Below are positions 22,301 to 37,300 of a DNA stretch of 64,000 nucleotides, in pieces (within the stretch, counting starts at the first letter, position 1; every line of letters starts with the position of its first letter). Below the pieces are notes generated by a model, which saw only the letters and a list, made by a program, of their open reading frames with translations, had not been told where the DNA came from and made no database searches. This stretch comes from Phoronis australis (Eukaryota > Animalia > Phoronida): positions 25,621 to 89,620 of the forward strand of contig NMRA01000020.1 of assembly GCA_002633005.1 (NCBI GenBank), read 5' to 3'. Position numbers and translations under genes: made by a program.

Positions 22301-25300
22301 ATAATGATACTTATAACAAATTGCATCAACTAAATTTCTTCAAGGTCAGCTTTAAAACTCTTACAGAAACAAGGTTTGAAAAAGTCCTAGTGGATGTCTC
22401 CCTTTATAGTTTTGCATGCCACTTAGGGTTGATGGGTTGTTTAAAATTTCACCACAGAAGCCTAGCCTCTTTTTTCCACAGGTGCTCAGCAGAGTGCATT
22501 TTTCACTTTTTCACTTTGAGGAAGAGCAAGGTTGCAAAAGAGAATCCAGACAACTGTTCCTGGATGCAAAATCACTCCAGGAAATGGAAACTTTCTGCAA
22601 GAGCCCCCCTCGCAGGCACATTGAGTAGAAGTTGTGGCACAGCAAATAGATTCTAATTTTTCTGGACAATTCTCTAGGTCAAATAACTGTTATAACACAC
22701 ATTCAATCTACACTTCCTAACATGTTATTGTTCTTGAAGATAAGTTTAACACTACCATCTTAAGCACTTCTCCAAGAGGTCGGTGTGAAAAAGTTTTGTC
22801 CTAGTTGGGAAAGCTCCACGAAATATCAGCTAGTATATAAACTTTAGCAAGTCAATAGTCCTATATTTTTGCTTAATATGTGTTTCACATGCACCTAAAT
22901 CCCCATACAGGCAACTCTCCAAATACAGGCATGTGGTCCTAAATGCAGGCATATACAGTACGATAACACCTTTTACCAATTTAAGACACAATATGGGTCA
23001 CAAGTGAAATTTTATTCTATCACAAAATATTTACAGCACAAAATTAAATGACATTCCATGATCACGTTTTGCTCTACAGACAGCATCAAACAAAGTCTTG
23101 ATAGCCTGAGGGCATTCACAAGATTTTACTGTAGTTTCTTTTTGACACAGATTGCAGGAAATACCTGTATGGTCGTAGAGTTCCTCCATGTAGATTTTTC
23201 CCCTGTGTATGGGTATGACCCTTGACCCATGTAGCGTCAAGGTCGTGTCTGGTCCAAGGATCTGGATGCCTGTTTGTATACCTGCCACATTGAATGTGAT
23301 CACGCTCACCTAAAAATGAAATCGAAATCACCAACATGCTGGTAACCAAAATAATGAATTACTGTTTATTTTCTTAGCACATTATTGACAAGTGTGTACA
23401 TTTAGAAGTTAACTCAGCAACAGTATGCATTTTCTAAAAGCAGAAATTCCATAGAAAAACTCTATAACAATCTGTCTTTAATAAGCTCATGTGACCATGT
23501 TTTTCATAGAAAAATGTAGCAAAAAGAAAGGCACAATCCCAGTCTAAAAACAGAATCAATTACTTGACCAATTTTCATATGACATAAATGTCCACAATAA
23601 AATCTCAAAAAGCAATTACAAAGAAGTTAAATACACCGACATTCTGTGAACACAAGATGAAACTGAACATCTAAACTGAAGCAAGCTGACATTGCATTTC
23701 TTTTTAAAAGGATTGTCCTTTTCATTTAACCACACTTTTGTCATCTGCATCACCGCGTATTCAAGATCAGTTTTTACCCTCCAACACTGACAAACATATC
23801 ATGTAAAGGACATATACTGTCCAAAATAAATAAAAGTCGTGAAAATCCACGGATTCATCAGACTACAAAAGGAAGTTAAAACAGGGCTCGGAAAGACCAA
23901 TGACAAAGAGGAAAATTTTCCAGGTGACGTATCGTTCCACAAACAAATAGGCTTGTGTGATAGAAATATTTTTTGTGTTGTAAAATTTAACTAGAATAAG
24001 CATTTTTGCATGAATAAAATTAAAATAATGCCAAAAAAGAGATGTAAAAAGAGCAAACTGGAAATTAAATAGGAGGAAATTGAAACCAAAAAAGGTTAAT
24101 TCCATGCCCAGTTAACAAGAAGCAGTACAGACCTTTCCCTTGTTTTTCCCTTGTGAACTACTGAGGGAATTAATGCTAGTCACTTCAACATCCTTAGAGC
24201 TGCTTGTACTTTCAATGGTAGACACACTCGTTTCACTCTGTGATTCTAATCCAACCAACACAAACTCTTCATCCTCATCGGACACACTGCTATGCAGAGA
24301 CATGGTGTCTGAACCATCGTCGTCGCCTCCTGCCGAGTTGCGGTTAAAAAGGTTGTCAAACTTAGACAACGCCGATGATTTAAAGTCACTCAGACTCTTG
24401 TTCTTACTGACAGCCTTCTGTATACTTTGAAGAGACAGGGGGCGGGATTTTGGCGAATGACTCCCATCGATGCCGGAGTCGAAGGATGGGCTCCTCACAA
24501 ACCCAGAAACCAACTCAGTCTTGCTAGCAGTGTTAACACAAGTACTGACAACACCACTGGACTGATCTGAGCTAAAGCCTAGTGGAGCCACCTGGCCAGT
24601 CTTCAGAGGCATGGCACCATCAGGCAAGATTGGAGACTCCAACGGAACACTACTGGCAGGCTGGACATCTTGGCAGTGTTCCACAGTAGAAGTGAGTGTG
24701 TTGTTGAGATCGTCTGCATCAGAATTGGGGTGAACAATCAGCGGAGTCAAACCATGCATTGGAGACAGCGGGCAGGTGACTTCTGAAACATCATCACAGG
24801 TAACTCTCACTTTTGGACAACCTGAGCTACTATGAGCCTGCCTTCTGTCAAGAAACGCACATTTGAAATACATTTGATTTAGGTGACTTAACATGACAAC
24901 GACAGTCTCAAATTGTTCTTACTAAGTTCAGAGGTCATTACTGGGCTTTTAAAAACCAACAGTTCACTACTGCTTGACCATTGATGTCACCATTTTATGT
25001 TCCAAGTCTGACTGCAAGTAATGACAAACTGTTGGGTCTTTCCAAGCAGATACCATTTCTAAGGAACAAGTCCAGGCTAGCTTTACAGCACTGTGTGGTC
25101 TGAACGCAAGTCATCTTTTTTGGAATAAGGGGCCGTCACAGTAGGTTTTTAAGAACCGATGCACACAAGCACCCGATTGAAAGGCCACAGAAGTTCTGAC
25201 GACACTCGTATTAATTGGGAGACTAGTCGACAGATGCAGCCAATCAACAAGAACATTAGACCTTTGCTATGGTTACATTTCCCTGTTTTCCGTCTCCAAT

Positions 25301-28300
25301 CGTTTCAGCCTAGTTTATCTATATTTTATCTATACATCACTTCCTTTATCTTTGAAGCCAAAATTAAAACAGTTATGTTGCTATACCATGAGTGACTGTG
25401 AGCCAGAAGCTGAACAAGAACTCCCTCATGTCTGTTGACAGCTGTCGGTAAAAAAGCACTTAGTACTGGATATAAATACCCGAAGCTACAACATTCAAAT
25501 TTCAATTTGAAAAATCGATGTCATTCAAACAGTAGGACGTGTGTTTACACCAACCCACATACTGCTACAAACATAGCAATCAAGTCTATTGACACTCTGA
25601 GCAGTCACACAAAAATCATCCGATCTCTCATGATATCTTTTTCATTTCTAAGCCATCCATTACCTGTTAAGTCCACTGGAATATCTGACACTTCACCTGG
25701 CGATGACAGCTCGACAGTGTTATCCACAGTGAACTTTGACCCCAGATCCAGTGGACTGACGAGTGACAGGCTGAGCTCCTGTGCTGCCAAAGCCATGCCC
25801 ATTCTAAGTGAACTCTTAGAGGTAGGATTGATAGCCAGTGTGTCTGCATCAAGGTTTTTCTGAAAGTTAGTCAAAGTCTTAGCCAGACGCAGCACAAAAA
25901 GGTATTGGAAATGATTTAGTTGACATTGCACCAGATTCTTCACGCTGATCAACACTTGGACATCTGCCACATGCTTTGACGTCAATTCAGACGGCGACAA
26001 TGTTGTGTTGCCATAACTGCTCTCGCCATCTCGGTCTCCACCCCGAGAGTCGCATGTTTTCTTCTTTTCAATATGAGCACCATTCGAATTCGCATCTTTA
26101 ACATCACAAGCACCTTGGGCATCATCGCAGCCACCGTCAGTGCAGTAATAATTTTTAAGTAAATTTCTATTTCGTTGTCTATCGGGGCTGCCTGGTGTTA
26201 CTTCAACTGTGTGAGATTGTCCCTCCTCCATAAAAGCTCCTCCTTTTAAACGTGATAGTGTTCTAGTGTGCTGATGCTGCCGAGCTGGTAAACAAATCCA
26301 AACAGCTACAGGGAATGATTCGACAAACGGTGCAGGACGCCGGCCCAGACTTGACGTCTCCACGAAATCAACCCAGAACTGTTCTGCGCAAACACACCAA
26401 ACGTCGAGGTAAGCCTTCATTTTCAGTGAGTCCTGATCAAGACCAGGCATCTTGTTATCAACATCTCCACGGTCACTTAGAATCGTGGCGACATTTCTCT
26501 CCCTCTCGACATGTTCTTTGAAATTGTCCGGAACAAATATCAGAGAATGCTGTTGACTCTGTGGTGACTGGTTCACAAATAACGGTTGGTCATTCAAATT
26601 GTCTAGTACTTGGTCCAGTTGACTGACCGATGATGACTCATCAATGCGGCAGTTGGTGATGACCACTTTGGAGGCTTGTATCTGAAGCCCGTTGGGATGG
26701 TCTTCGTGACTAGAATCCTCATCTGAAGGTAGTATCAACTGAAATAGAAGTGTGTAAAAGGACGATAAGCAATGGCAAATATTTAGACGAGCCTCTTACA
26801 CACTTCACAGTAGTAGTTTAGCGATGGTGCTTTTTGCAGGCAAAACTGACTAAACATTCACAAATTAACGTAATCAATCAATTTCGTTTTCACTAAGCGC
26901 CATGTTGCAACATAATTGTCTTTATGTATCTTGTTATTCTGACGTCAGTTGGCAGGTCCCAATGTATTTGTACACCCACTGACACACAGACACTGTATAC
27001 TTCATATTTGAACATACATGTTTATAAAAACTACACACCAGACAGCACTGTTGTGTATTCTCATTCAATCACTTTTTATTTTACAACAAAGAGTATTAAA
27101 TTCCTGCAAGGCTATGTCAAAGAATCATTCTGATGTACTTTTATCATGAAACTGAACAGTGTCCTTTAAGCATCATGTTTTGGCAATGTGACTCTCCTTT
27201 CTAATAAAATAAAAAAGCCGTGGCTATTAAATGCACAGTGGATACAACAGGCACATCACTGGCCACAAACAACAGCAACTCTGAATGAAACAGCGTACCC
27301 TGGGCATAAGCGCTTCAATCTTGATATCAATGTGATTGGCTGGTTCAGCTGCTTCAGGCATGCTCTGGAAGACAACAGAATTTGTGAAACATGTCAAGGA
27401 CTATCATTTATTCGTTCTCAAGCTGAAAAACCTAGTATGAAATTACACTGATGTAAACATTTGTGGGGAGCCTTTGGAAAACAGAAGACACTCGCGAGAC
27501 AGTTGGGGCAAAAAACATCAGCTTATGTAACGGAAATAGTAAATTAATTCAGAATCGTTTCCAATAAATCAACATTCCAGCCACGCCAAACAATCACTTC
27601 TGTGGCGGCCATTTTGCAAATGAATGCGAGTAAGGTCCCAAGCATACTCGCATAACACTCGCCTCCATTCACTCGTTCTATCATCATCATGCCCCACAGA
27701 ATGTTAACTCGTAATAAAATGACATTTATAAGTTAGTGGAAAGCCTTTCCTCAAATATTAAAAACTAAGAACTGAGGTGATAAAAGCTTCCTTCTCTCAA
27801 TTTACGAATGTCATGTGACCAACAGTAAGTGTTTGCCTCAACGACTATCCAAGTTTTCTAGGATGAAAACGAATAACTTGAGACAAATCTATTCTTTACC
27901 ACCAAAATATACAGACATAACACTAGTAAAAACAAAACACTCCGTGCTACAAACTGCTGGTATAAAACATTAAAAATAAACTTTGCGATAATTATGTAAA
28001 AAGGCATTAAAATAGCTGGCAAAAGGTTTCTAAACTCAGTGTGTTGTTCACTCGTCAGCAGAGACTGATTAACTCTAGATTGTAAAAAAACAATGACAGC
28101 TATCAAATATGTGTTACAGCATAATTATCAAAAACGACTTATTAGCAGTAGTTATATGAAATTCACTTACAATGTTGAGCGCCATGCCTAGACTGAAGGC
28201 ATTAAGCCACAGAACCGTGAGATAGTCGACAGCTAAACGAACAGGATTCACCATCGCATACAGATTACCATGTGGTACTGAAATGGACAAGTTATCAAAT

Positions 28301-31300
28301 TTGGTCTAACACATAAATCAGGGGTATGAAATTATGCTGTACAGTTGCATAATAAGTTACAATGCTGACAAAGAAATTGAAATGCTGTGTAATGCATGAT
28401 AAATCATTCTTTACTTGTCTGACTCTGCTCAGAAGTGCGTTAGCGACCCTACATTTCAAAAACTAGGTCAATCACACAATGTGTTTTTCAACCTCCGCAA
28501 AAGAAGAGTTCAGGATGCTGATAACTGTATGCATATTTTGTTTGTTTACAACAGAGAAATTGCTTTGTTTGTACCTGGGTAACTGATGCTGCTGGGAAAG
28601 AAGTAATCTGTGTACTCCACATGGAAAGCTGACATCTCAGGTGGGAGATAAAGAGACTTCTTATCGGAAGACAGGAACTTCTTAGGTATGTTCCTCGTGT
28701 TATCCGATGTTGAAACACGGAACATGGTGAAGTCCTCGAGTCGAACGATGAAGCAGCGTTCAATCATCTTTGTCAATCTGGGTTTGGTTGGAGGTTGGTT
28801 TGTGTGTTGACCGAGTCCTGGTGATTGTTGGCGAGATCCTTGTACGGGAATGGAGGACGCGGTGTGCTGAGGAGACTGTTCTGGCGACGCCGCAGTCGAC
28901 GGGGAAGCAGACGTGACTGTTTTGATTTTTTTGCGGAAATCAGCCATCAGCTTGCTGGCCCAGTCATTCCTGGCAGCCATGTTCTCGTTGTAATTACACC
29001 AGTGTTTCCTACTGCCACCTAGTGGAGGAAGAATGAACAAGTGTACAGCTGAGAAAAAGGCCAACCCCATGACAATGAATTCATCCAGAATTGTGATTTG
29101 CTCTATCAACATGCTAAGATCAGTGTATAGCAGCCAAGAAAAGATAGTCTGAAATTAATTGAATCAAAATATAAAATTACCCATTGAATATCTGAGGTTG
29201 GTGAGAAAGACATAAGCGTGCCAACAAAAAGTGATTGTTACTTACATATACATAAAGGCCAGAGCACACGATAGCATTTTTATTGGGAAATTTCACGATT
29301 TTTTATCGGCAACAAATTGTCATGTCACAACTAACGAACAACATGATTTTTGTCACAACTGAGGCTCCCCCTCGCAGCTTCGTGTACAATTATCAAAATT
29401 GTCAACAGATCTAGCCTTATGAAATAGTGCATACTTGTCATGACCAGCTCGAGTGCAACTGCCTTCCTCACTCGAGCTCTTTTTCTGACGTTTCTGAAAT
29501 TTGTTGATCTTAACCTCAGTCACGACAAATGGTCTGCATCAAGCGCACACGGTACGACAAGACATGAAATGTCTGATATTCCCCGACTTATTTGGTCCAG
29601 CTGTCGTGAACCTAAGCATGCGAAAGATTGACAATGGAGAAAAATCACATCCTGTGCAGTGGCCTTCATAGAACAATCAGACATAAAGCCCAACACCATC
29701 ACAACCTCTTTGACAAGCGTATCAAATTTAGCCTACAAGTCAATGTTTCTTACCAAAAAGCCGTCCTACTCAGACCTATAAGCCGTACCGTATACCCCTT
29801 TGCATTTAATACAAAAACATTTAAGATTAGTGGCGGCCAGACACTGATAGGGCTAAAACAGTAAACCACAAGTTTCTAGAACCAAAACAAAACTCATTTT
29901 TCAGTTAATAATTGAAATTGATGAATACACAAAAGGAGCTGTTTTCTGTCACAGAAATGAAAATTATACATTATTATTATATAATTAAAAGGTTTGACAC
30001 ATGATATACATGTCCACGACTATGGGAAGCTAAGCCATATAGAAAAGACTTTTCCTCAAACACTGTTCAGCTAAATTGTTCTTTATTTTGGACAGGTAAT
30101 ATTTACATTACTTTTCTGGATGAGTTTGGCATTTGTCTTAATTTTCTGAGAAGAAGCAAACTAAAAAATCAGTGTGAGCCACACCCCGAAACCAAAACGT
30201 AGTCAACCGTGTCAGCCTTCATTCCTAACTGTAGCATTTTGCCAGTTTTCCCCAAAATCTCATATTACCTGCTGGGTGGTAGGGGTAATGTTCAAATGAG
30301 AACTTATGAAAGGTAATCTGTATAGCCCCGCCATCCACTAGTTGACTGTGACAACTGCTCGTAGCTGGAAAATGAACGCGAAATGAACTCGGGTAAAGGT
30401 AGTGAACACTTCATCACATCCACACACCATCTGCTGATCACATGTCATGTGACGACCAATGCCATCTATGGGTTACTTATTCAATTACAGCTTATTTTTC
30501 CTCTTGAACTAGTTTGTTGCCATTTGCCAATCAATGAAGAGTGCAATGTTTTTCATTAGTATACATTTCACCAGTTAATTAGACTCATTAATGAAAACCC
30601 CAACATATCAACCAATTAAAACACAGTTAACAGACACCGATACTAGACTCCTCCCATTTGTTAAAGCACATGACAGACCGACAAAACTAATCAGACATCA
30701 GTAACCAGACACCACAGCTCAGTCAATGCCCATTGGCTAGAATGTGTGACAAATCGTCCAATCAGCACTCACCATTTGGTCCAATCTCATCACAGATGTG
30801 TAGGTCTATCCTGCCAGTGTACAAGTGGTATGATGTCTCTATGACGTCGAATCTAGAGAACAGCTGTGCCACCTTTGTTTGATTATTGGAACTATGATGG
30901 TGGTGATTTGCCGGCATCACCAGATCAGGGTGAGATGAAGCGGAAGACGTGGACACTTGTTTCTAAAAATGAACCACGACACTGCTATAGTGATTATAGA
31001 TCAGAAAATGAGTAATGTTGGAAAGTAAACTGGATTATGCCATTGATGACGGATCTAGAGCGGTAGAACCAACCCCTCTCAATAAATGGTCTCTCTGTAA
31101 CAATAGTTAACCCTTAGAACCCATATCAGTAAGCTCTCATGGACATAACTGAAGATTTGCCACAAGCTATGCTACCTTAAAACCTTCCCCAAAATGAATA
31201 ATACTTTCCAGCCGAGTTTCAACTTGATCATAAACTAGCCCAAAATTGATAATTACATCAAGTTATAAATAAAAGAATTTTTGAGTAAAGATCAAAAATG

Positions 31301-34300
31301 TGTGTAGAAACTTTGTGCACAATAACAAAATAGTTACAGAGCTATATCCCAAGTAGCTATAGAAGTAGAATTCCACATCATTTTTTCACAAAATGGCCCA
31401 GAATTCCCACTTCAACAACGATAAGCGAGTGAAAATGGCATAAAACTTCCTTTCAATGAATACTTATGTAATGAGTTCACAGAACTTTCCTTCTACAGCT
31501 GTTTCCCACTACAGCCAGTTCACCTTTACTGCAATATACTTGGGGTGTGTTCACTAAGGCGCGCAAGTTTCTTGTGAGTTTAGCGAGAACACGAGAGATT
31601 ATGTTTGTGAAAGGCTAGTGTTTAACGACTAAGGCTGCGACATTACTATCACAATGTCTGCATTTGAAGTGATTGATCACCGATGTTGCAAAGTTGAATT
31701 AGGTGAAAACACTCACTGCTACCACAACAAGAGTCAAGATTTCTTACAAGAGCGTTACCGAGTACAACCTTACCTTGCACACACACACACGCACACAATT
31801 CTGTACCTGCAGTTTAATGGCCGCCAGGTCTTTACTCTGTTCTGCTGACTTCTTGATAATCCCCTGTAGTGATTTGCTGAAGGCAATCGCTGCCTTCATC
31901 TGGGAATCGGTCAGAACCCAAAGTAGGTCGTCCAGTATGAAGGACAACTTGGAAGCCAAAACGCTGCAATCTAGTAGTGGATACAAAGGAAAAACATTTA
32001 GAAATTAAAATACTAGGTCTTCTGATGACCTTTCAACCGAACTGTGTACTTTAAGTAATGATTGTGTGTTTTTTAAGATCGATATGATCATAATTAATGA
32101 ATTTCCCCAGGTATAAGTCCATTAACTTATTCACTCAAGTGTACAGATGCACCTGCTTGGCATAAGCCTATCCTTCATATATCTAGGTGCCTGTCAAATC
32201 CAACTGACTCTCTCTATGCAGTCAAACACCAGCACTCGCCGCAATGTTGAGTAATTGAGTACATCATTTAATTTCATTACAAATATCTCTCATTTAGAGT
32301 CAACTCCAAACAACAGCGGCTTCTAAATCTAAGTAATCAATTTCGTCGATTGTTAAGTGTTTCTGCAGTTTGGCATCAGGACTTGCATGCCAACTAGTAA
32401 CAAAGCTTCAAAGACAAATTTCAGCCAGTATTTCAACACCAGCTCAAATGGTAATTGCACTGCTCCACACAAACAAAACTTAGGTCAGTGTTCATGGTAT
32501 TGAGGGTAGATGGCGCTTGCGCTACTTGTACACGTTTATTGACAAAGTACAAGGTGTGTTGGAATGTGCCAAGTTGACACTTTAAAATTGCTCAACAATT
32601 ACGTATAGTGAAAATCGTGTGTGCATCCCAGTGCACTGTCCTCTAATCGTTGCGTGCATCCTAGTGCACTGTCCTCTAATCGTTGTGTTTATCCCAGTGC
32701 ACTGTCCTCTAATGGTTGCGTGCATCCCAGTGCACTGTACCCTAATCTAGGATCCAGAACGTGTCAAGCATACGAATGACAGCTTCTTAAGTTAGCACCT
32801 ACTGAGTTCTGTTTATGAAATCAACACTGAAAAGAATTAACTTAAACGCAAAATTGTCTTTAGTTAGTACATGATTGAGCAATTACTGATAGCGCTGCTC
32901 TGGGTGGCCACTATCCCACAATCCTTTGTGCATGATATCTTGCGCTATCCGTAAAAAGGTCAACAGAGGTTTGCGCCACTCACCTGCCAGTTTTTTCCTT
33001 AGGACTAATCTCAGGCGTGATGCATTGGAAATGAGCCTCAGGGGGGTAGTAGCCAACGTAGGGTCGTCCGTTACTATGGCGTTGGCTTCTACCCTCAATG
33101 TCTGCCACTCAATCTCCTTAAAGGTCAGCAGCATGCCCCGGTCGGGGTCACGGATGCGGGTCATGCGGAGGTCATTCACTACCTTCCAGAGCGGATTTAC
33201 ACTTTGTACTTTTAATCTGGATAGCTGGGTGGACAAAAAAGGGATGGGCCTTACCAATCTCAATCATCACAGAACAAGCATCCAACCAACATGCGTTATA
33301 TTAATAAATAAAACGTAAATAATTTATAAACTGATGAGCATTCTATTGTATAGAACATGCAGAATGTTAAGTTTAGAGATTATTATAAAGATCATTTCTT
33401 AAAACACTTTCATCAGGATGGTGAATAACAATTGACAAATGGAAATTCATTTTCCAGTCCAAAAAGTGGTAAATACCTGCAAAATTTTTTCTACATCTGC
33501 CATTCCTGAGGTTTTCCTCAGTGCATACTAGGTGGCGCTGTACACAGCACATTTGACAGCATTCTGTGTACAGCGCCACCTAGTATGCACTGACGAAGAC
33601 AACAGGAATGGCAGCTGTCGAAAAATTCTGCAGATATTTGTCACTTTTTTATGGAAAAATGAATTTCCCTGTGAGTGAGTCAATTACAAAGATCACAGAT
33701 TTAAATCAAAAATATTTTTTGACAGAAGGCCTAGCTTTCATGAATCATGAAACGGGGGTGATTTTAGGGGGAAAATGGAAATAAGAACAGCTTAACTTCA
33801 CCTTAAATGGTGCAAGACATCATTAAATGAAGACAAACAAACCTGTATGGAAGCTTGGAATGCAGTGGACTTGAAGTTGACGATGACCGAGTTGACACTC
33901 ACAAACATTCCGTCGATGACACGGTCAGCAAAACCATATTTACCTCCAGAACTGGAAGAGTAAGGCATACAAAGATAATAATAATTACAATATTAATCAC
34001 GGTAATAATACTTATCATCGCATCAATGAGTTTGGATGTCACCTTGTCGAGTTTGGCTTACTTGTGTCGAGTTAGTATGAAAACCTATAAGTACTTTTGG
34101 GAGATTTGTCATCGTCATTCCTTAAGAAAATTATAACATTTGAACTTTCCACATCAGTAAAATGAGTTCACTGCAGTCATTCCAACACTTAACATACAAA
34201 CATACAAACTCCCCACAGAATGAACATGGACTTTTGAATATGTACATGAATTTTGTGATTCGCGTCGAGTTTGAATTTTCTGTTGTGGAGAATAAATGCA

Positions 34301-37300
34301 AATGTGATAAAGGTAAAAGCAAAAAAATGCAGACATTTTCAAAGTCAAGTGAACTAACCATTGGTCAGTATTGGTGTTGAAGTTGACCACCAGAGGCAGT
34401 GGTGTGCAAGGTCAAGGTCTGGGGATAAAAAGTACATACAAAAAATGGCTCCCACTGTTCCTAACACTAGATCCCTGCAACCAATGTTATGGTACAATGC
34501 TACATAATGATGGCCAGATCAAGCAATGACTGAGTAATAACAGGCAATGTGTGAACTCATCAGATTCAAAATAAAATTCAATTATACATACTGGATAACA
34601 CTCATCATTTAAGATTTACAGTCCATAATTCTTCAAGTGATTCATACACACTGATAAGTTGTATTTCTTAACTTTTGACATGAAAACATCATGGAAGTTG
34701 AAACACAAACTCAACACTCATCATTATGTATAACACCAAAGTTCATTCAGCAGGTAAGAAAGGTATGATTGAAAAAGAATGAGACCCCGTCTACCTATGG
34801 CTGGGCATCCCACTGCTTGTCTCGATGGGTGAGCGAGGCTCTGGGCAGGTTTCCATGTCAACCACGACTTCATCGAGATACTAAAATGAAATAATAACTT
34901 CAAGGACATGACATTTTTGAGTGGGTGCAAACACGTGATGGTAACGAGTACTAGGTTTTTAGCTGGTGCCATTTTGAATGGAGGCAGTAAATCTGCAATA
35001 ACTATGCCCAGAATTATCCAAATTTGTTCAGAGATGTCTGTAATACTAGCGTTTGTAGTTAACTCTTTGTTCAGGTATCTTTCAAGCAAATGTGAATAAC
35101 CACAGACACTATTTAAGGTTAGCAATCTAAAAAAATGTCCAAATTTGTCTAAATATCTCGCATATGGTTGATAGGATGCATTATGCACAATTTTTCAAAA
35201 TGCTGTTCAAAATAGTAGTTTTTAAAATGTTCTGCTTTTGCATGAGGGGCTTTTAAAAATAGGACTTTCATACGATTTTCATGAAAAAAATAAAGGTTGT
35301 ATAAAACGAAATGGAAATGACAATTTAAAAATTTATATGTATCAAGAATTTTTAAAATTTGATATCGAACATTCATATAGAATTAAGTTTGGGGAAGTTA
35401 TTGATGCTGTTGTTTTGCTATCAATGTACCTTAAGTTTCTTCTTTGCTAAATTTTACTAAAAAGACAAGAGACAAGGTGTGTCCCAATTAAGGTAGGTGG
35501 ATACACAAAGAAATTAATTTTGACTGTTTTTCACATTTTTATGTCATCCTAATATTTTAATTCTTGATGCACAGTATACTGAAGAAAAATAAAATCATTC
35601 TGAAAATCCAAAGTTGATTTTTAGCTATATTTGACCAAGCCTCAGTAAGTCATATGGCTTGAATGCTCACCAGCTCAGTGACTGACAACTGGGGTGGAGC
35701 TTATACAAGGACACTAGCTCTAAACTAACCCTGCCAACAAACATTGCGTAACTGGGCAATCGAGAGTGCTGTACCAGCTGATATTGATGTTGTAGCAAGA
35801 CCAAGAATAAAATAATTCTATTTTTGACCATGTGAAAGTTGGTAGTGAAATGGTGAACTAGCTCCTGTTCCGAGCCTGAGTCTGTTTGTCTATCTGCAAA
35901 AAAATTAAGTTGAGTACGCCAAGTCCTACCGAAGCCATCACTGCAATCAGCTTGAGGAGTCAGTGCAAAAATTATGCGTGTACAAGAGAAGTCGGTAAGG
36001 TGAGGTGTCTTGCGAGAGGACGCTGAGCGTCGACGTGGGTGGTGTTGCACGATTCGGTGAGAGTGCATGCACGCGCTGTGAAGACAAGCCACACGCCGTT
36101 GAGAAACTAGGCTGTCAAACCCAGGGGATTTTTTAAATTGCCACTGGCCGTAACCAAAAAATTAGAGAAATGACCCAGTGTTCAACATAACAAAATTTTT
36201 CTAGTGCATAGATTCAAATGTATCTCTGAATTAAAATTCATGATATTATCCGATTTTAGAGGAAAGCAGCCCTACATAACCTTCAACACCATGACCTTAC
36301 CAAACATATAGCTTGACTCTTCAACTTAGTCCAAGGGACCTGTAACATAAAGAGATTGGATCAAAGTTATCAAAAATTTGTAAATGGCAATAGCTGTCAG
36401 ATGCTAAGCAATATCCGATTCCAACCACTGGTAAAGTTGCACATCGTTTTCGGAAGACGGCTTTTTAATTTCGCTGTAAAATCCAAAATTGGAGATAAGC
36501 AACTGTATTTATCTTGGTAATGCCCATACCCAGGTGAACGCCCACACCTATTTTCAAAATGTTCACACCAATGTTGTTTAATCATACACGCACTATTTTA
36601 ACACATTTAGGCATCCATGGTCATCCTCATTGTCATCCACATTACTATTTTCACTGTTGCATGATATAGACTGTTTGAAGTCTGTGGGATTTGGCTCAGT
36701 GCCAGAGTTCAGCTCCATTCACAGCACTCAGATTCGTTTCTGCGCTACAGCTAATTTCCGTAAAAATTACTTTTCTCACCGAGAATGTCTCTCGTTTCCG
36801 ATGCTACCTGACGTATCCAACATGACGCACCTGAACTTTACCCCTGCATACTAGGTAACACAGCTTGAATGACTGTTGGACCTCTCCAGCCAGCCTGGAA
36901 CACTATTTAGTTCCTATGACACTTGGGCCTCAGAACCCCTCCTAGTTTTGAACTCTGACCCCAAAACATGCCTGCAGACAGCTGTGAGCAATGCCTACTG
37001 TTACACCAAATAGGACCATGTACAATTTGTGAATAAAATATAAAAAAATAATTGCAGGCAGTTGTACCAGATGAGTGCAGGCCGCGCATGTGGGCCCATT
37101 GCACTAATCACCTGGAAATATTTTTGAGCTTTATTAATATATAGCAATTTGTGAAGGTCACCATATTTATATTTGCAAATTTTTAATTTTTTATCCAAGA
37201 ATACATCCAGTGAATACAATATCATAACACAACTTGTTAGGTTTCACACACACGCACACTCACACTAACTCATAGAGCCTCACATTTTGCACATTTTTAA

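Noticed and set aside
24783-24894. 5' part of ORF 24112-24894 as BLTP3 coding sequence via the GACAG acceptor at 24844
   Set aside because: That acceptor is out of phase with the phase-1 donor at 25664. The TTTCAG acceptor at 24782 restores the frame, although an unseen small exon cannot be excluded.
28022-28060. Minus-strand CTGACGA...GAAAC hammerhead candidate
   Set aside because: It lacks the closing pair of stem II, a convincing stem III/NUH site and stem I. Probably chance.
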